This document shows, piece after piece, positions 40,598-54,026 of a stretch of 64,000 nt of DNA; within the stretch, counting starts at the first letter, position 1, and each line of letters opens with the position of its first letter. The position numbers and the translations under genes were made by a program. The notes beneath the pieces are model-generated. The model made no database searches, had not been told where the DNA came from, and worked only from the letters and a program-made list of their open reading frames with translations. The stretch lies in contig CM022679.1 in NCBI GenBank assembly GCA_012295275.1, positions 28,830,001-28,894,000 of the forward strand, written 5' to 3'. This DNA is from Chrysomallon squamiferum (taxonomy: Eukaryota > Animalia > Mollusca).

Positions 40598-40760
40598 TGC
40601 GACGTGTAACGAATCGCGAATCACGGATGTGCTGAATCATCGATATTTGTGGTCATTCAGTACTTGCTGAGTCATGAGTTGGGAACGCGCGCGCCAAACA
40701 CTTATGACTCGAGCCATGATACCAGCGTAGGTCACCTAGTAAACTACGTAATTACCGCAT
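40598..40760 (+). promoter_or_regulatory. Small Maf main promoter with tandem AREs
   Basis: CpG-rich patch with TGCTGAATCAT (40630-40640) and TGCTGAGTCAT (40665-40675) about 200 nt upstream of ATG AGC AAA AAG|GTAAGC. Confidence 0.65.
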
Positions 40761-40875
40761 TCTGGTAAACCTGGAAACGAAGACTTGTTGTTATTCTTCA
40801 AAAATACGATTTTCTTCTTTATTTCATGTTTCTTATTCAACGGAAAATTAAAATCCACAGAAGAAGGGACGGAAT

Positions 40876-40887
40876 ATGAGCAAAAAG
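40876..40887 (+). CDS. MAFK: Small Maf first coding exon (MSKK, phase 0)
   Basis: ATGAGCAAAAAG followed by the strong donor GTAAGC; joins IKLEE in frame, mirroring the vertebrate sMaf ...K|VKKE junction. Confidence 0.6.
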
Positions 40888-41979
40888 GTAAGCGAAAGCT
40901 GTTGTAGATTTGTAGAACGCAGCGTGTCTTTGTTTACGTCTTGTTTACGTTTGTTCAGTAACTGCGCATCAAGCAAAAAACGTATTGTTTTGCCTAGTTT
41001 TCATTTTATGGGAATAATTAAAGTATTTTAACGTACATAACAGTTAAAAAACAGTTTGAAATTTAAATATGTCATGTTTGTTTTGAATTAGTGCGTATCT
41101 ATCGCTTTCAAGTTCATCGTGTCCTCGATCAATGGGCGGGCGTACATTTTGTAGTAAACGCGACCACGCGAATCAGATATGAAAACAATGTTATATTTCA
41201 TTAAATATCTACTGACTGGAATACATTTTAATGATAAAAGACGCAGACACAATTATCAATTAGGTTGTCGATAATTTCATTCCCATATATTATGTCAAAT
41301 GTGTAAAATTTGCAAAATAAAAAGGATAGTGTCATCAGTTTTTGCGTTCTAAAAATAGAACATGGCTCACGTGGTTCATTGATCCGCTTGCTGTCTTTGT
41401 TGTTGATACATGAACAAGTAGGACACACTTATGTTGGATAACAAAGAACTTTGTTCCTAATATTATCTTTGTTTCTTTATCTTCAAGTCTGTTTAAAACA
41501 AAAAACAACCCATACATTTTTATTTAAATCGAAGGTTTTATTTGTTGCTTTTGTACCAGTCTATTGAAATTTGAGGCTACAAGTATGGCACAATAGTTTT
41601 TAATTTGTTTGTTGCTATTTTAAATAAAAAGATATGACTCACTGGCTCCATGTTACAGGCAACAACACCGCCCAACAACCAGGAAGATAAATTTATAAGT
41701 TAATGTAAACAAATATATTTCTAATAAACAGGTCTGATTAGAATTGTTTTCAACATTATCAGCGTATTTGACAGAATAAAACAAAAGGAGTGGTGTTAGT
41801 TTTAACAGGTGTCTGTTATGAACAGAATGCTGGTTCTTGTTTCTAAACGACAAATGAATATATCAAAAATGATATTTAGATTTTACTGACAAGCATGGAA
41901 GCTGAAAGAAAAAATTTAATGTTTTTTGTTCATAAATTTTCATCACAGTTATTGAAGTACTGTAAAACAACTGTTATTA

Positions 41980-42024
<45 letters not shown>

Positions 42025-42447
42025 GAGATAGTTTTTATTTTCAAAAATATTAGTTATTTTTTTTACATTATATATTTCTGTTTTAATCTTCTCCATCTTG
42101 TTTAACACACTTTGTATGTTTATAAACAAACTGATATTTGGTGATAAAAATCAGTTTCTTAATAGTATTCTTTATACATTCTTGAATGAAGAACAAATGA
42201 AAAAAAAAAAAAAGTTTTTGCTTGTTGTTAATAAATAAGCATACTGTACTGAAAGGCATTATTATTATTATTATTATTTTTTAATTTATAAACAAAGATA
42301 AAACACTTATTCTTATTTAAACACATTTAATTTTTTGCTCACATTATAAACAATTACAAATATATATTTAGTCATCATTTCTCATAGCCTCAGAGCTAAA
42401 GAAAAAAAAAAAAAATCCCCATGAACATGGGATGGTCACTTGGCCTT

Positions 42448-42493
<46 letters not shown>

Positions 42494-43056
42494 AAAAGGA
42501 TAAGAGTAGGTATTTTTATATTGTGAATATCAGCCACTCCTTTATTATTATTATTTTGAAATAATTTTTTTTAAGGAATTCATATCTATGAAAGTAGGTT
42601 ATAAAGATGATCATTATTAAAGGACAGAAAAGAAGATTTATTTTTTTTAAATTTGAAATAGAAATAATTAGATTTTTTTTTTTTTTAATGAAAGTAGAAT
42701 GACTCATTATTTTTGTAACCACTCCTGACAGTGTTTTCATTTTTATTTTATAAAATCATTTTTACGTCTTCATTTTTCTGAACATAGAGTTATAAATAAA
42801 TAATTAAACTGTTGCCAGCCCATTCTGAAATTAGAATATGGTAAATAGAACTAGGTATGAGAAAACTGAACTTAACAACAATACCAGAAGATAATGAGAT
42901 TCCCTTCCCACATCTAATGAAAAAATACATTTGTTAATTTATTAATTTATTTATTAATATATATATATATATTATATAATTATTATTACTATTATTATTA
43001 CGGTTTTTTTAATTTTTGAAATAATTTTTAATTTTTATTTTAATTTTAATTTTATA

Positions 43057-43098
<42 letters not shown>

Positions 43099-43309
43099 TT
43101 TTTTTTTTATCTTTTTCTCTGTGTCTCCCTTTAGTTCAGGGACACAAAAAATGATTATCTGTTTAATGACACCATAGCACTCTTTAATATCGCTGACTGT
43201 TAGTTAAACCTATTATTATTATTATTATTATTTTATAATTATCAGCTGGCAAAATGTCAAAAGTCAATTGTTTACATCTTTATCAGTGATAGTGGCAGGG
43301 GAAAACAGT

Positions 43310-43480
43310 CTCTTGATCAGTGGCAAAGTATTTACCTGACGCATGGAAGGTCATGGGTTCAATGTCCCTTAGGGATGTGTTATATATTTACATTGTTGTT
43401 GTTATAATGGTATTAAATTAAGACAATATCACAGAGGATTACTTATTTTTCCATTCCACCCACTGCTGCTCATGTTGTGC
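43310..43480 (+). mobile_element. tRNA-derived SINE remnant
   Basis: A-box-like TGATCAGTGG and B-box-like GGTTCAATGTCC at tRNA-like spacing, followed by the core-like TATTTTTCCATTCCACCCACTGC; no cloverleaf can be folded. Confidence 0.45.
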
Positions 43481-44297
43481 ATGCAACTTCTATTTAAGAA
43501 CATCTCACCATATTATTAAAAAAAAAATACTTCTTAGATTTCAAAAACATTTCTAGATGATTTTAATAACTCATTATTACAGATATGGGAATTTGTTTCC
43601 TTTGTTCCATCATCTTCTGTTATCATTTTTCGGTAGATAATCATTTATGTATTAACTCTCCCATAAACAGAAAAAAATGCACATGATATTTTAGAGTAAT
43701 GGCTTGAATGGCAGATTGTTCTCTGGGGGCACCGAGATGAATAGATCCTGAAAACCATCATATGTGAAGTAAATGCTCTACACAGAGCTGTAATATGCTC
43801 TGATGATATGTTGATATTCTGTGAGATGAGAGTTGGCCAAATGCACACACAGTTGATCAACACACATAACTAAGATTGTTGTTTTGTTTGAATCGTTGCC
43901 AGACACAGGAGAGTACATTGATGTTGACACGACGAGCTTTATAGTGATCCATTATTTTTATCAGCTATTTTTAGTTTCTTAATTTTTAATATTTTTTAAA
44001 ATTTTATATTTACAAAAAGTTTGGTTTTCTTTTCTTTTGAATATAACGACTGTTTTAAATCATCTTTGCCAAGTATTTGCCTTCCACCAAAAAAAAATAA
44101 AAATAAAAATAAAAATTTAATATAAAAATAAAATATTAAAAACATGAAAATAAGCAATGAAATTAAACAAAAAATAAAAATAAAAATAAAGGAAAATGAA
44201 AAGACATCTGTTAAGCTGTTCAAAATTTGATAATGTTGTTTTGATTGATCTTTCTGGTGTGTTGTTGCTGAATGACATTTTAAAAGTGCATTAAACA

Positions 44298-44339
<42 letters not shown>

Positions 44340-44919
44340 TTGCAGTAGCAGATAAAATGTACGGTGTGTGATTCAAAGCATAATGAAGTTTTCAAAATGA
44401 CAGGTCTGTCATTGGTCATGCTACATGGTGCTGGGTGGGTGAAGATGTGTGCAAAAGATAAGTGTCTTCTGTTTTACTTGAACAGACATGCACTTGTGAC
44501 AGCATTTTTCCCATCACCTCATTAGCATTATTACTCAGTGTGCATGTGAAATCACAATATACTGTTGAACGTACATTAAACACTAAACTGTCCGTTTATT
44601 ATTTATTTCTGTACTTAACTTGTTTCATTTTACATGTCTTAAAGTACGTATCTGTCACTTATTTTATTGATTGATTTCTTTGTTCTTTTCTTTTTCTTCC
44701 TTGCTTTTTTCTTTCTTTTTTTATTTGAAAAAAAAAAAAAAAGGAATAAAGAAAGATAATACATATGTATTTTTACGACTTGAAAAGAAAAAAACATGTT
44801 TTAATACAAACTATAAATAGACTATTTTATTGTTGAAGAGTCTGAAGAGACTTGGTTCGCACTGTAATCTGTTCTCAGATTACCTCAGATACCGATTTAT
44901 CTTTAACATCTGATACTCC

Positions 44920-45330
44920 GTTTTAAAAATACCCTCCCCCCTCCTATCTGCCCTTCTCAGACATTTGTTACAAAAATATGCTGAATCATTCACCCTTCGT
45001 ATACCCCTGATTAATCTACACATTCCATTACAAAACTGTTTCAAATGTCCCCCATTTTCTATACATCATCTTCAGCTTTATGTACTTTTACAAAATATAT
45101 CCACCCACCACTTGATATGCATCTAGTTAAAAAAATGTTCCCATCCCCAGCTTTATGTGTACATCCTATTACAAAATACATTTTAATACCCACCTCCCAA
45201 TTACATACATTCTGTTACAAAAATGTTGATAGCTTCCTCTACTTAAATATATATATATAGATCTTGCTGCTGTCTTTGCCTGCTTTGTATACATCCTGTA
45301 AGAAAACTGTTGGTGACCTGCCCTAGATGT
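44920..45330. repeat. Degenerate ~40-nt tandem repeat (CCC...TACATCC..TTACAAAA motif)
   Basis: TTACAAAA, TACATCC and C-rich segments recur at roughly 40-nt spacing. Confidence 0.5.
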
Positions 45331-45414
45331 ATACAGTGTTATTACAAACTAATGACTTTTATTACTATATTAATTAGATCCTGTTACAAATAACTGTAGA
45401 TATAAATAGAATTT

Positions 45415-45450
<36 letters not shown>

Positions 45451-48024
45451 AAAATTAACAAATCTCTTTATCCCTTTAAACTTTATAAATGTGTTACTTA
45501 ATACCTAAATAAAATCTATTGTATGCCTTCTCATCCTGATTTATAAATAACTGGACAGAAGATACCTCTTGTACAGTGATACCCCCATCTACCTGTATCA
45601 AAAACACCACAAACATTCTCGTGTCCATTTATAAATGACCTGACAATGATACCCCCATCTACCTTGATCAAAAACTCCACTAACAGATGTTTTGAGCTCG
45701 AGTGTCTTTGTTTTGTTGCATTGAACAATGCCTATCACTGTTTGCTATCATTTGTGCTGGTTAAGCAGTTTCCTTTTTAAACACCTGCATTTCAAAGCTT
45801 GGCTGAATGTTTAACCCAGTTTCAATGTTCACTGCCTAGATTCACCTTTGCAGTATGTACTTTGTGCTTCAGTGATCTGGTTAAAAAAAATCATAAATCA
45901 CCATCTTCTCAATGACAGAGTAAAAAAAACTTGTATAAATTTATTATTTAAAAATCACACAAATAAAATAAATAAAAACAAAAAAAATAAATAAATAAAA
46001 ATAAAAAAGGCATATTTTATCATTGTAATTATTGAAACATGTCTTTTGTTTTGATATTTTATTCTGTAAAAGATGTTTACTGCAAATAATACACAGAACT
46101 TGTATTTTGATAAATTAATGTAAAGAACTTGATGAGTTTTTGTGTCTTTGTGGATATATGTGTGTATCTATGTACAGAATTATGTATGTTTAAATGGATA
46201 TCTATGTATGAAGAATATATATGTGTGTGTGTATATGTGTGTGTATATTTGTATGTATGTATGTATGTATGTATGTATGTATGTATGTATTATATATAAT
46301 GTATATATATGTATGTATAGATATATATATATATATATATAATGTATGTATTTGATCACATGGTCTACAAGTTTTAAGAAACAGTGTTTAAATACTACGC
46401 TACAAAAACTGTATCTTCCATATTTTTGTAAAAATATTTTACATTTTATTGTCCAGGTATAATTAATTAACATCCTTATAAAATATATTCCTTCAGGGCA
46501 AACATATTTTGAATTACCCAAGGTTTTTTTTTTTTTTTTAAATTTTTTTGTTACTGAAGTTTTTCACACACACACAGAAACACCTACTGCATGACACATT
46601 TGTAAAAAAAAACTATGTAAAGAATTTTGTTGACATTCTTAGTTACTGAGAAAATGTTAAATGCAGGTGTTAAATCTCTTTATTTTTACTCAAGATGAAA
46701 TTCTCTGTTTCATAACTGACTGGGGGCAAGTTTTTAACTCATCTAATATTTGTTTACATTTAACTGATATGTTCAACATCTCGTCTACTGAATCAGCTCA
46801 GTTAGAGTGTGGAGGTTAAAAACAAATTTGTAGTTTAAGCTAACTAAATATGTGTGTTTCTGTCTGTGTGTGTGTGTGTGTGTCTGTCTGTCTGTCTGTG
46901 TCTCTGTGTGTTTTGTTATGACAGATAATCTCTGAAACCTGATGTGGCAGTGACAGAAACTAGTAAAATGGAAGCCTCGATGTAGACAGGATATCTAATG
47001 TTGCAATAATGAGAGGTCACGTCCACTACTGGTGTTGTGACCCACCTCTGTGTGTGTGTCTGTGTGTGTGTCTGTGTGAGTATATGTGAGTGTGTGTTTA
47101 TGTCAGTATGTTTGTGTTTGCATATATATGCAGACTATATATGGGTTTATTCATTTTGTATAACTATTTGCAAGTGTGTATGTCTGTGTGAGTATATGTG
47201 AGTATATCTCTATGTTTATTTGAGTATGTGTGCATGCATGTGTGTGTTTGCATACATATGCAGACTGTATACAGGTTATATATATTCATTTTGTGTATCT
47301 ATTTGCATGAGTATATGTATGTATATGTGTAATTATGTATGTATGTACACATAATTATGCATGTGCATATTTGTGTGTTTGTGTCTGTATGTATATGGAT
47401 GAACATGCATGCAAAGTTATGCATATTTGTAATTATATCATGTGTGCTCAAAACTATGTTTATATAATTTATATGTATGTGTGTGTTTGTGTGTATAGCC
47501 TACATATTCACATACAAATAACTACTGCAAATTTTACATACTCTGTTTCTTTATTGATTTTATTATTTTATTACATGTAAAGTCAGTCAAGCAGTAAACT
47601 GGAATTTTAAATTACTCTGTGTCAAGAATTATCTGTAACCCTGCATGTTAGTTTTATACTTCAGCAATGTTTTGCTGGGTAGAATGAGTATATTCAGTGA
47701 GTATTTGTAGTCTCTAAATCTGTTAGAATGTGTTTGTACTTCCTTGTTCATTTTGTTTCCTTAGTCATGTGTTTTCAGTAAACTCAGTTGCTGAGTTAAA
47801 TTACTTTTTTTACTGAAAAACATTTGTGATTTGAAATACATTACTGCTATTATTTTATTATGATTATCATTGTTAATATTATTTTACAAATTATTTTTAA
47901 TAGTAGTAGTAGCAGATTATAGTAATTGTAGTAATAGCAGTAGTTGTGTTGTTATTAATTTCTAAAGATATTTTTAATGATATGGATAGTTGATAGATTT
48001 TACCTTTTTTGTTTTTGATAAATC

Positions 48025-48059
<35 letters not shown>

Positions 48060-48581
48060 TTCTTATTTTTTATTAAAACATGGTATAACTTAACAAAAGC
48101 TTTTAATAGAATACAAGCTGTTGAGATTTATTTTAGTCTGCTTCCTTTTTTTTCTTCTTTTTTTCCTATGTTTTTCTTGGTAGAATGTAACAAAGTAAGG
48201 TGTATCATGTTACAGTTTTCTTTGTGTAAGTAGCTATTCTTGTATTTCAAGTTTTGATTTAGAAAACAGTCAGATTAGATTTGTTGACTGACAGTCTACA
48301 GTTTTGTTATGTCATTGTTCATGTTTTTACACTTGTGTGTATTTATATCAGGGTGTTTATATCAGGGTATATCAGGGTGTAGTGTTGCACTGTAGTATAT
48401 TTCTGTATTACATACCTTCTTAAGTATGTAGATCAAACACACATACACATGCATACACATGCATATACATAAACATAGGCATTTACATGTTTGTTGGCAT
48501 ATATATATATATGTGTGTGTGTATTCAGAGATATATGTTTATATGTATGTATGCATGTATGTATACATGTGTGTATGTATG

Positions 48582-48621
<40 letters not shown>

Positions 48622-49488
48622 TACAAACAAACACATACATATAGACCCAAAGTACAAAGAACCATAAGTACATATGTAAACAAAATATATACAGACATGT
48701 AAATACACATATACAAACACAAACACAAGAACAAACATAGAGACATTTCAGATGATTGTTTACTAGTAAGATCTGTCTTTTGCAGATGGTAATTTATCTT
48801 ATGTGTTAACTGTTGTTTGAACTGTTTAGTATTTCTTAGTCATGGTCCAGTATAAAGGTGAGATTTAAAAAAAAAAAAAAATCTATAAAATGTGTAACAG
48901 ATCGTGATCAGCCAATGTGAAAAGTAAAATGTTCTGCAAGTCTCATTTCAGAACTAATCTGTTTTTTAAAAATTAACTAATATAAAGAACTAGAGCAACA
49001 TATGTTCAGAAGCAGATGTTTTGTATGAATGTAATTTGTAACATGTGGCAAGACACAACAATAAAAATCTATTGATCTTGCTAAAAATTAATGCTATTAA
49101 AGGTTATTTGCCATTGATTTTTTTTGGTGAGTTATTCCCCTTGCTTCTTATAACGATAAGCTGACTGTGTCGTTTGTCCATGTCTTTCAGTCACAGCCAC
49201 AGCCCTTTTTAGTATCGTATCCATTCATTATTGAAAAGTCAAATGTGGCCTGGTGGTTAGAGTGCCAGTGTGAAGAAGGGTGAGACACACAATCATCTCT
49301 GTTACCATGTGTTCCTGGCAGTCCAGTCAGAATCCAGGAAATACTTTATAAAAGCCTTGAATTGGATAATTAACCATTTATGTTTTGTTTCAAACAGTAT
49401 TCCTGAGCTTTAATCCACAATGAAGATGCCTGTAAAGATAACAAAATAAAGAGAGGAAATGAGAATAAAAAAATAGAGAAAGTAAATA

Positions 49489-50151
49489 CAGTATACCCTC
49501 ACCTATTCGCGGTTCCCCATTCGCGGCCCCGCATATTCGCGGGTTAGGCTCTTAACCCTATCGCATCGTATGCTGGTATACCAGGCGAGCGTCATAACAT
49601 CATAAAAACAAATGCTCGGTAAACCGCACAAACAATATCAAATTTTTTCAATTATTATTGCAATACAGTACGTATTTTTTTTATAAATGCATATTTTTTG
49701 TTACTGTGTATTAATAATGTTTTTAATTGCATATTATTATCTGTCTGTTTTGCCTTTAAATTTGTTCCACTTTCTGTCAATTCTAATACATAATGTTGTA
49801 AGCATAGAAAATGACTTTACGGTGCAGTAATACTCTATGGGTAACTATGCTATGCGGTGTTACTGTCCTCATGTACTTACGTTTCTTTCTGATTAAAATA
49901 TTGTTTCAGTACAAAATTAAAATGTGTTTACATTATCATTACTACATTAGTGAAATACATAACTGCATGCAATATTACTACATTATTACTGTATTAATGA
50001 GTAAGAGTGTCTTTAGAAAGTGTTTGGGAAGCATTTAGTACCGTATATAATCTCATAATATATGTTTTAAAACTGCATCCAATATTCGTGGTTTTTCGCT
50101 ATTCGCGGGAGGGTAAAGAACGTAACCCCCGCGAATAGCGAGGGAATAATG
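49489..50151. mobile_element. Intact-looking Tigger/pogo-type MITE with TA target-site duplication
   Basis: TA|CAGTATACCCTCACCTATTCGCGG ... CCGCGAATAGCGAGGGAATAATG|TA: imperfect ~23-nt TIRs, repeated subterminal ATTCGCGG motifs and no ORF. Confidence 0.85.
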
Positions 50152-50507
50152 TACATGCAAAGAAATTTTATAGTTAAAAAAAATATATAGAGTGAGCAGA
50201 TGTCAGAAAGAAAAATGATTGATGTAAAACAGAAATACAAAAGATAAAGTGTCAAAAAAGAGAAAAGAAAGTGAAAGTATGAGAGAATAATAAGCAAGTG
50301 AATGCAAGATCCAGTTTTGGTCCAGATTATTGTGTATATTTAGTTTTTATTCTTATATTGTTTGTGAAAGTGGTGCCTGCTGGGAGGGTGTGTTGTGCAG
50401 TATTTATTAAACTGTTGGAGTTCGGGTGTTGTCAGGAAAAACTTTCTTGTTGTATAATTTCCAGTCATTTTCACTGCATGATGTGCACAAATATCACTAT
50501 GAACACA

Positions 50508-50606
50508 GTCAGCAAAAATATCACATCTGATTGTGTCCCTTTAAAAAAAAAACTGCTGACTCAGTCTTTATAGGTATACCTGAACTACGTGTAACCAGTG
50601 ACTCAG
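50508..50606 (+). promoter_or_regulatory. Intronic MARE/AP-1 cluster (candidate second promoter of small Maf)
   Basis: Half-MARE GTCAGCAAAAAT (50508), TGCTGACTCAGTC (50554-50566), TATA-like TTTATAGGTATA and GTGACTCAG (50598-50606). Confidence 0.5.
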
Positions 50607-50654
50607 TCTAGTGCTATCAGCTGACATTTCAAAATTTGTTGTTCAAAGTTTGTG

Positions 50655-50726
50655 ATGGATGCATCAGGGTTTAGTTCTTGTATGTACAGATCAGCAGTCT
50701 CTAATGTTGATAATAATTATTCCAAG
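50655..50726 (+). CDS. Candidate alternative first coding exon of small Maf (MDASGFSSCMYRSAVSNVDNNYSK)
   Basis: Kozak-like gtgATGG, 24 open codons and an AAG|GTAAAA donor in phase 0, in frame with exon 52113. Confidence 0.45.
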
Positions 50727-50820
50727 GTAAAATAAATATACTTTTTGTGTATTTAATTTTTTAATGTTTTTTTAATTTTTTTAATTTTATGTTAGAATTT
50801 AATAAATAATCTTAGAATTT

Positions 50821-50864
<44 letters not shown>

Positions 50865-51804
50865 CATCACTATTTCACAAATAAAATGTTAGTTACTTTG
50901 AAAATTTATTAAGATTTTGCTAATTGTTAAATAGTTGTTCTTATGTTGTTGTTTTTTTTGTTGTTTTTTTTGTGTGTTTTTTAAACTTTCCTTTAAAAAG
51001 GATTCTTTTTTCAACATTTTGTATTACAATAAGGAAAGGTGGATTTAAGAAAAAGAATAAAAAACCGATTATTTAATTTAAAGTATGGATTGTTTGTGCA
51101 AGTTTTTATTATCATTTAATAATTATTTTATTGACTGAATTTATGAAATCCAATTTTACTTAAATGCTTGATTAAAGATAGTAATATATTTGGGTTTAAT
51201 CTTATGAAATAAAACACTTCTTCATAAATTCACTTCTTGTTATAATGAGATATTTTTTCAGGCAGTCAGTCTCTGCTGGTTTTTGTTCTGTTGACTTTTA
51301 AATCACTGACAGTGAATGAAATCCCAGTGGAAACATTTCTTCAAAGAAAATCATAAAATAATTGTTTCTTCACCGAGCAAGAAGCTGAAGTAGATGCCAT
51401 GACACGACAGCCATGTTTGAACCATTAATTTGGAAATTATCATAACAATTAATATTTATGAACATTCTCAAAGCCAGCACTTTCAAGGATTTTGTTAGAA
51501 TAATTCGAGAGTATTGAAGTTAATTTGGTTTTACTATGTATTAAAGTGACTAATGTTCACAGAATTTTCTTTATGAATTTTGTAAAGTTCAATAATAATA
51601 ATTTAAAAAAATGGACAATAATTATATACCTTTGTTTCAGTTTTTTAAACATTTTAAGTCATAACCATCTTATTTTTTAAATACTTTTTTCTTTGAAGAA
51701 GAATGAAAAATATCTTTGTTCAAATATAAATTAAAAAAAGTAGTTACAAATGTATGCATATGCAAATGAAAAGCATGTCTGTGCATTTATGGATGTAGCA
51801 GATT

Positions 51805-51869
51805 ATGAATGGATGGAGCAAACTGTGAATAGATGTATAAGTGGACATTTATCTGTTCAGAATTCATAT

Positions 51870-51900
<31 letters not shown>

Positions 51901-51978
51901 TTGAGCAAATTGTGACTAGATGGATAGGTAAATGCTTATGTACGTGTATCCATTTTTATCTGTATAATGAATTCATAT

Positions 51979-52017
<39 letters not shown>

Positions 52018-52075
52018 TTGAGCAAACTGTGATTAGATGGATAGGTAAATGTTTATGTACGTGTATTTATCTATT
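51805..52075. repeat. Three-copy imperfect tandem duplication with (TATT)n
   Basis: GAGCAAA(C/T)TGTGA.TAGATG.ATA.GT at ~51816, ~51903 and ~52020. Confidence 0.8.
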
Positions 52076-52112
52076 TGTTTATTTGTTTATTTTTCAGATA
52101 TTTTTATCCCAG

Positions 52113-52559
52113 ATCAAGCTAGAGGAGAGATTAGAGTCAATGACCAGAGCGACAACTATCAGTGATGATGAGCTTGTGGCACTGTCGGTGAAGGAACTCA
52201 ACAAGTTGTTAAAGGGACTGACGCGCGATGAGGTTGTCAAACTGAAGCAGAGGCGGAGGACTCTGAAAAACAGAGGCTATGCTGCCAACTGCCGCGAGAA
52301 GCGCATTTCTCAGAAGGAAGAACTCGAAACGGAGAAGGAAAAACTGAAGTCGGAAGTGGACCGGCTGCAGAGAGAGAACGATGTTGTCAAAATGGAACTG
52401 ACGGCGCTGAAATCAAAATACGACGCACTTGCTCATTTCGCCGACACTAATCGGATTCAGATTTTACCGCAGCCAATCATGTTGAGTTCCGTGTCCCATG
52501 AATCGTTGATGATTAAGTCAGAACCCGTTCAGAGTGCCAGGCAGTGCTCTGCCTTATAG
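52113..52559 (+). CDS. MAFK: Small Maf bZIP transcription factor (MafF/G/K orthologue), main coding exon
   Basis: [90 protein letters not shown]...KYDALAHFA gives the Maf extended homology region plus bZIP, with no transactivation domain. An alternative in-frame acceptor lies at 52098. Confidence 0.95.
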   Translation: MKLEERLESMTRATTISDDELVALSVKELNKLLKGLTRDEVVKLKQRRRTLKNRGYAANCREKRISQKEELETEKEKLKSEVDRLQRENDVVKMELTALKSKYDALAHFADTNRIQILPQPIMLSSVSHESLMIKSEPVQSARQCSAL

Positions 52560-52623
52560 CATTACAGACTGTGCGACAGGACGTTTTAAAAACCCACCAA
52601 GCAGTGCTCTCATATCATAATAA

Positions 52624-52661
<38 letters not shown>

Positions 52662-53826
52662 TCAAGTGACGTGTGCAAGTCTAGTGTGTATATTCAGTAG
52701 TAGTTTTGTTTTCTCACCTGCAAGCAAAATGCCAAATTCTATTATTTTTGAGTTGAATGTTGGTTAAATTTCGTCCATATTACATGAGAACAGATAGAGA
52801 TGGGACATCGGAAGATGGAAAAATATATATATATATATATAAGCATTTGAAAAATTTGGTGTTTTTTGTAATATTTTACACTTACACCTATACTGTCATT
52901 TCATTCCTTCAAATTATTTATTAAGTATAGTCTGCAGTCTACAACACACACACACATATATATATCTGTATAAGTATGTGTATATTTATATATATATGTA
53001 TGTATGTATGTATGTATATAAAGATGATTTTATGTTTTTGTTTATGAAATTCATGGTGAGACCACTAAGAAAAGTTGTGAAACATTTGTTTTGAGATTTT
53101 GTCATGGAAACAAATTCTCAGATTAATTCTAAATTAAAAGAAAAAGTTTTCTTAGAAGGCAGCTTGAGTAATGGTTTTACATTACTTGTTATTCCCAGAA
53201 CGGTTTTTTTGTGTCAGGTAATGATGTCAGAGAGAGACAGATCACCAATGTCAGAAATAAGACCTGTTGTTGAACAGAAAGGTGATCACATTAACAAACT
53301 TTCTTGCGTAAATTATATATATAAATTTTGTTAATGTGACCATTCAAATAATGTAAGAAAAAATTTTTTTGAAATATCTGGGAATTTAAAAAGTGTATTT
53401 GAATAAGAAGGTGGTTTAGAAAGGGAGACAATTACTTGTTTAATTTTCAGTAATTTGAAGTAAAGGTGGGCTTCACACTGGATGTCTGATGTATTCTGGA
53501 TTGAACGAGGGGATGGTTTTTAACCAACAGTAATGTGGATTTCTTTTCTTGCGTGGGTTTTCAAAACTGTTCTTTTAAAGGGAGGTAAAAGCTGTAATGA
53601 ATTTTTTTTTAACTGGCAAATATTTTGGTAAAGAAATTATGATAAATACGTCTTTATTTTTTTTTTAAACATAACACATCTTTGCCATTTATTTTTGAAA
53701 AGGGATTGTTTATTTTAAAAACGTAACCTCTGCTGTGCCTGCAGGTTTCTGCTTTAATTTGAATAAACTGTTAAGAATTAAGCATAATAGCTGCTGATTT
53801 AAGAAAACTGAATTCTACTCCATATA

Positions 53827-54026
53827 CAGGGCTTTCAAATTAGAGTAATTAGGATAAAATAACAGATATATTTTTTCCACCTCCATTACTGATAATTGTT
53901 AAAAACCAAATTATTAAGTGTCTAAATGGGTTTTTAAGAAAATGATTTTGCTATCACAAACATTATTATTAACAATTTTTTGCAAGTAGTTGTTGCATGT
54001 ATTGGCAGTTAAATTTGAAAGCCCTA
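53827..54026. mobile_element. ~200-bp hAT-like MITE remnant
   Basis: Perfect 14-bp inverted repeat AGGGCTTTCAAATT (53828-53841) / AATTTGAAAGCCCT (54012-54025) with a CAGGG start; TSD not evident. Confidence 0.55.

Noticed and set aside
43310-43375. tRNA gene
   Set aside because: A/B-box-like motifs only, with no cloverleaf or acceptor stem; treated as a SINE head.
48786-48788. TTTGCAG|ATG|GTAATT 3-nt microexon in the sMaf intron
   Set aside because: Formally in frame but expected by chance in an 11-kb intron; no further support.
51750-52097. N-terminal ~115 aa of the 269-aa ORF (would make a large-Maf-sized protein)
   Set aside because: It is intronic (TATT)n and tandem-duplicated sequence that happens to be open; real homology starts after the acceptor at 52098/52113.
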